Shown in pieces: positions 63,636 through 64,000 of a stretch of 64,000 nucleotides of DNA. The DNA lies in assembly GCA_963514005.1 (NCBI GenBank), contig OY740796.1, positions 31,868,001 to 31,932,000 of the forward strand, given 5' to 3'. This DNA comes from Raja brachyura (Eukaryota). The notes beneath the pieces are model-generated. The model saw nothing but the letters and a program-made list of their open reading frames with translations, had not been told where the DNA came from and made no database searches. Both the position numbers and the translations under genes were made by a program. The stretch's first letter is position 1. Every line of letters starts with the position of its first letter.

Positions 63636-64000
63636 CTTTTTTTTAAATTTAATTTATTATTTTTTTCTTTTTTATTTTATTGGAAGTACAGCAATATGGC
63701 ACCAAGGTGCCTAACATATATTGACATATTACATTTTATGTACAGCTTCTTATTTTTTTAAATTTTTTTAACAATGAAAAAGAAAAAGAGAGAGTAGAAA
63801 ATAAAAAATAGAGAAACATGTGATACGTAGTGTGTGAGAAAGAAAAAAGTGTGAAAAAAGAAAGTTGAGAATGAAAAAGAAAAAAAGAGAAGAGTAGAAA
63901 GTAAAAGATTAAGGAGATCGTTATCTATATTCTTGACCATCCCTCACCCAATCCTGAAACAATTAGCTTCTATGGTTTTGTTGCACCATATGCAAAAATC
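63636..64000 (-). mobile_element. Possible poly(A)-tailed LINE (L1/Tx1-like) 3' end
   Basis: T-rich run with TTTATT followed by a purine-rich low-complexity tract; no coding evidence inside the window. Confidence 0.35.

Overview
Eukaryotic, repeat-dominated window with no convincing host protein-coding gene. The HE1-like V-SINEs, SacSINE1/Deu-like SINEs and CR1/Penelope repertoire suggest a cartilaginous fish (skate, ray or shark; inference). Main contents: (1) two divergent, terminus-to-terminus DIRS1-type tyrosine-recombinase retrotransposons on the minus strand (11190-16514, near-intact; 32638-37020, decayed), each with ITRs and an internal complementary region; (2) a Penelope-like element with a 15-bp TSD and many short Penelope-terminal derivatives carrying minimal hammerhead-ribozyme motifs, often as palindromic pairs; (3) three copies of a TAG...CTA DNA transposon with 7-bp TSDs, one keeping a Tudor/Spindlin-like coding remnant; (4) Harbinger-, Sola- and Tc1/pogo-like MITEs; (5) many CR1 and Rex1-like LINE fragments, a Gypsy integrase/LTR remnant and a 163-N gap. 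The most interesting candidate is a splicing scheme conserved in both DIRS copies that would join the Pol start (ATG GAG|GT) in frame to a recombinase ORF that has no ATG at its 5' end. All alignments were done by eye, and many fragment boundaries are approximate.
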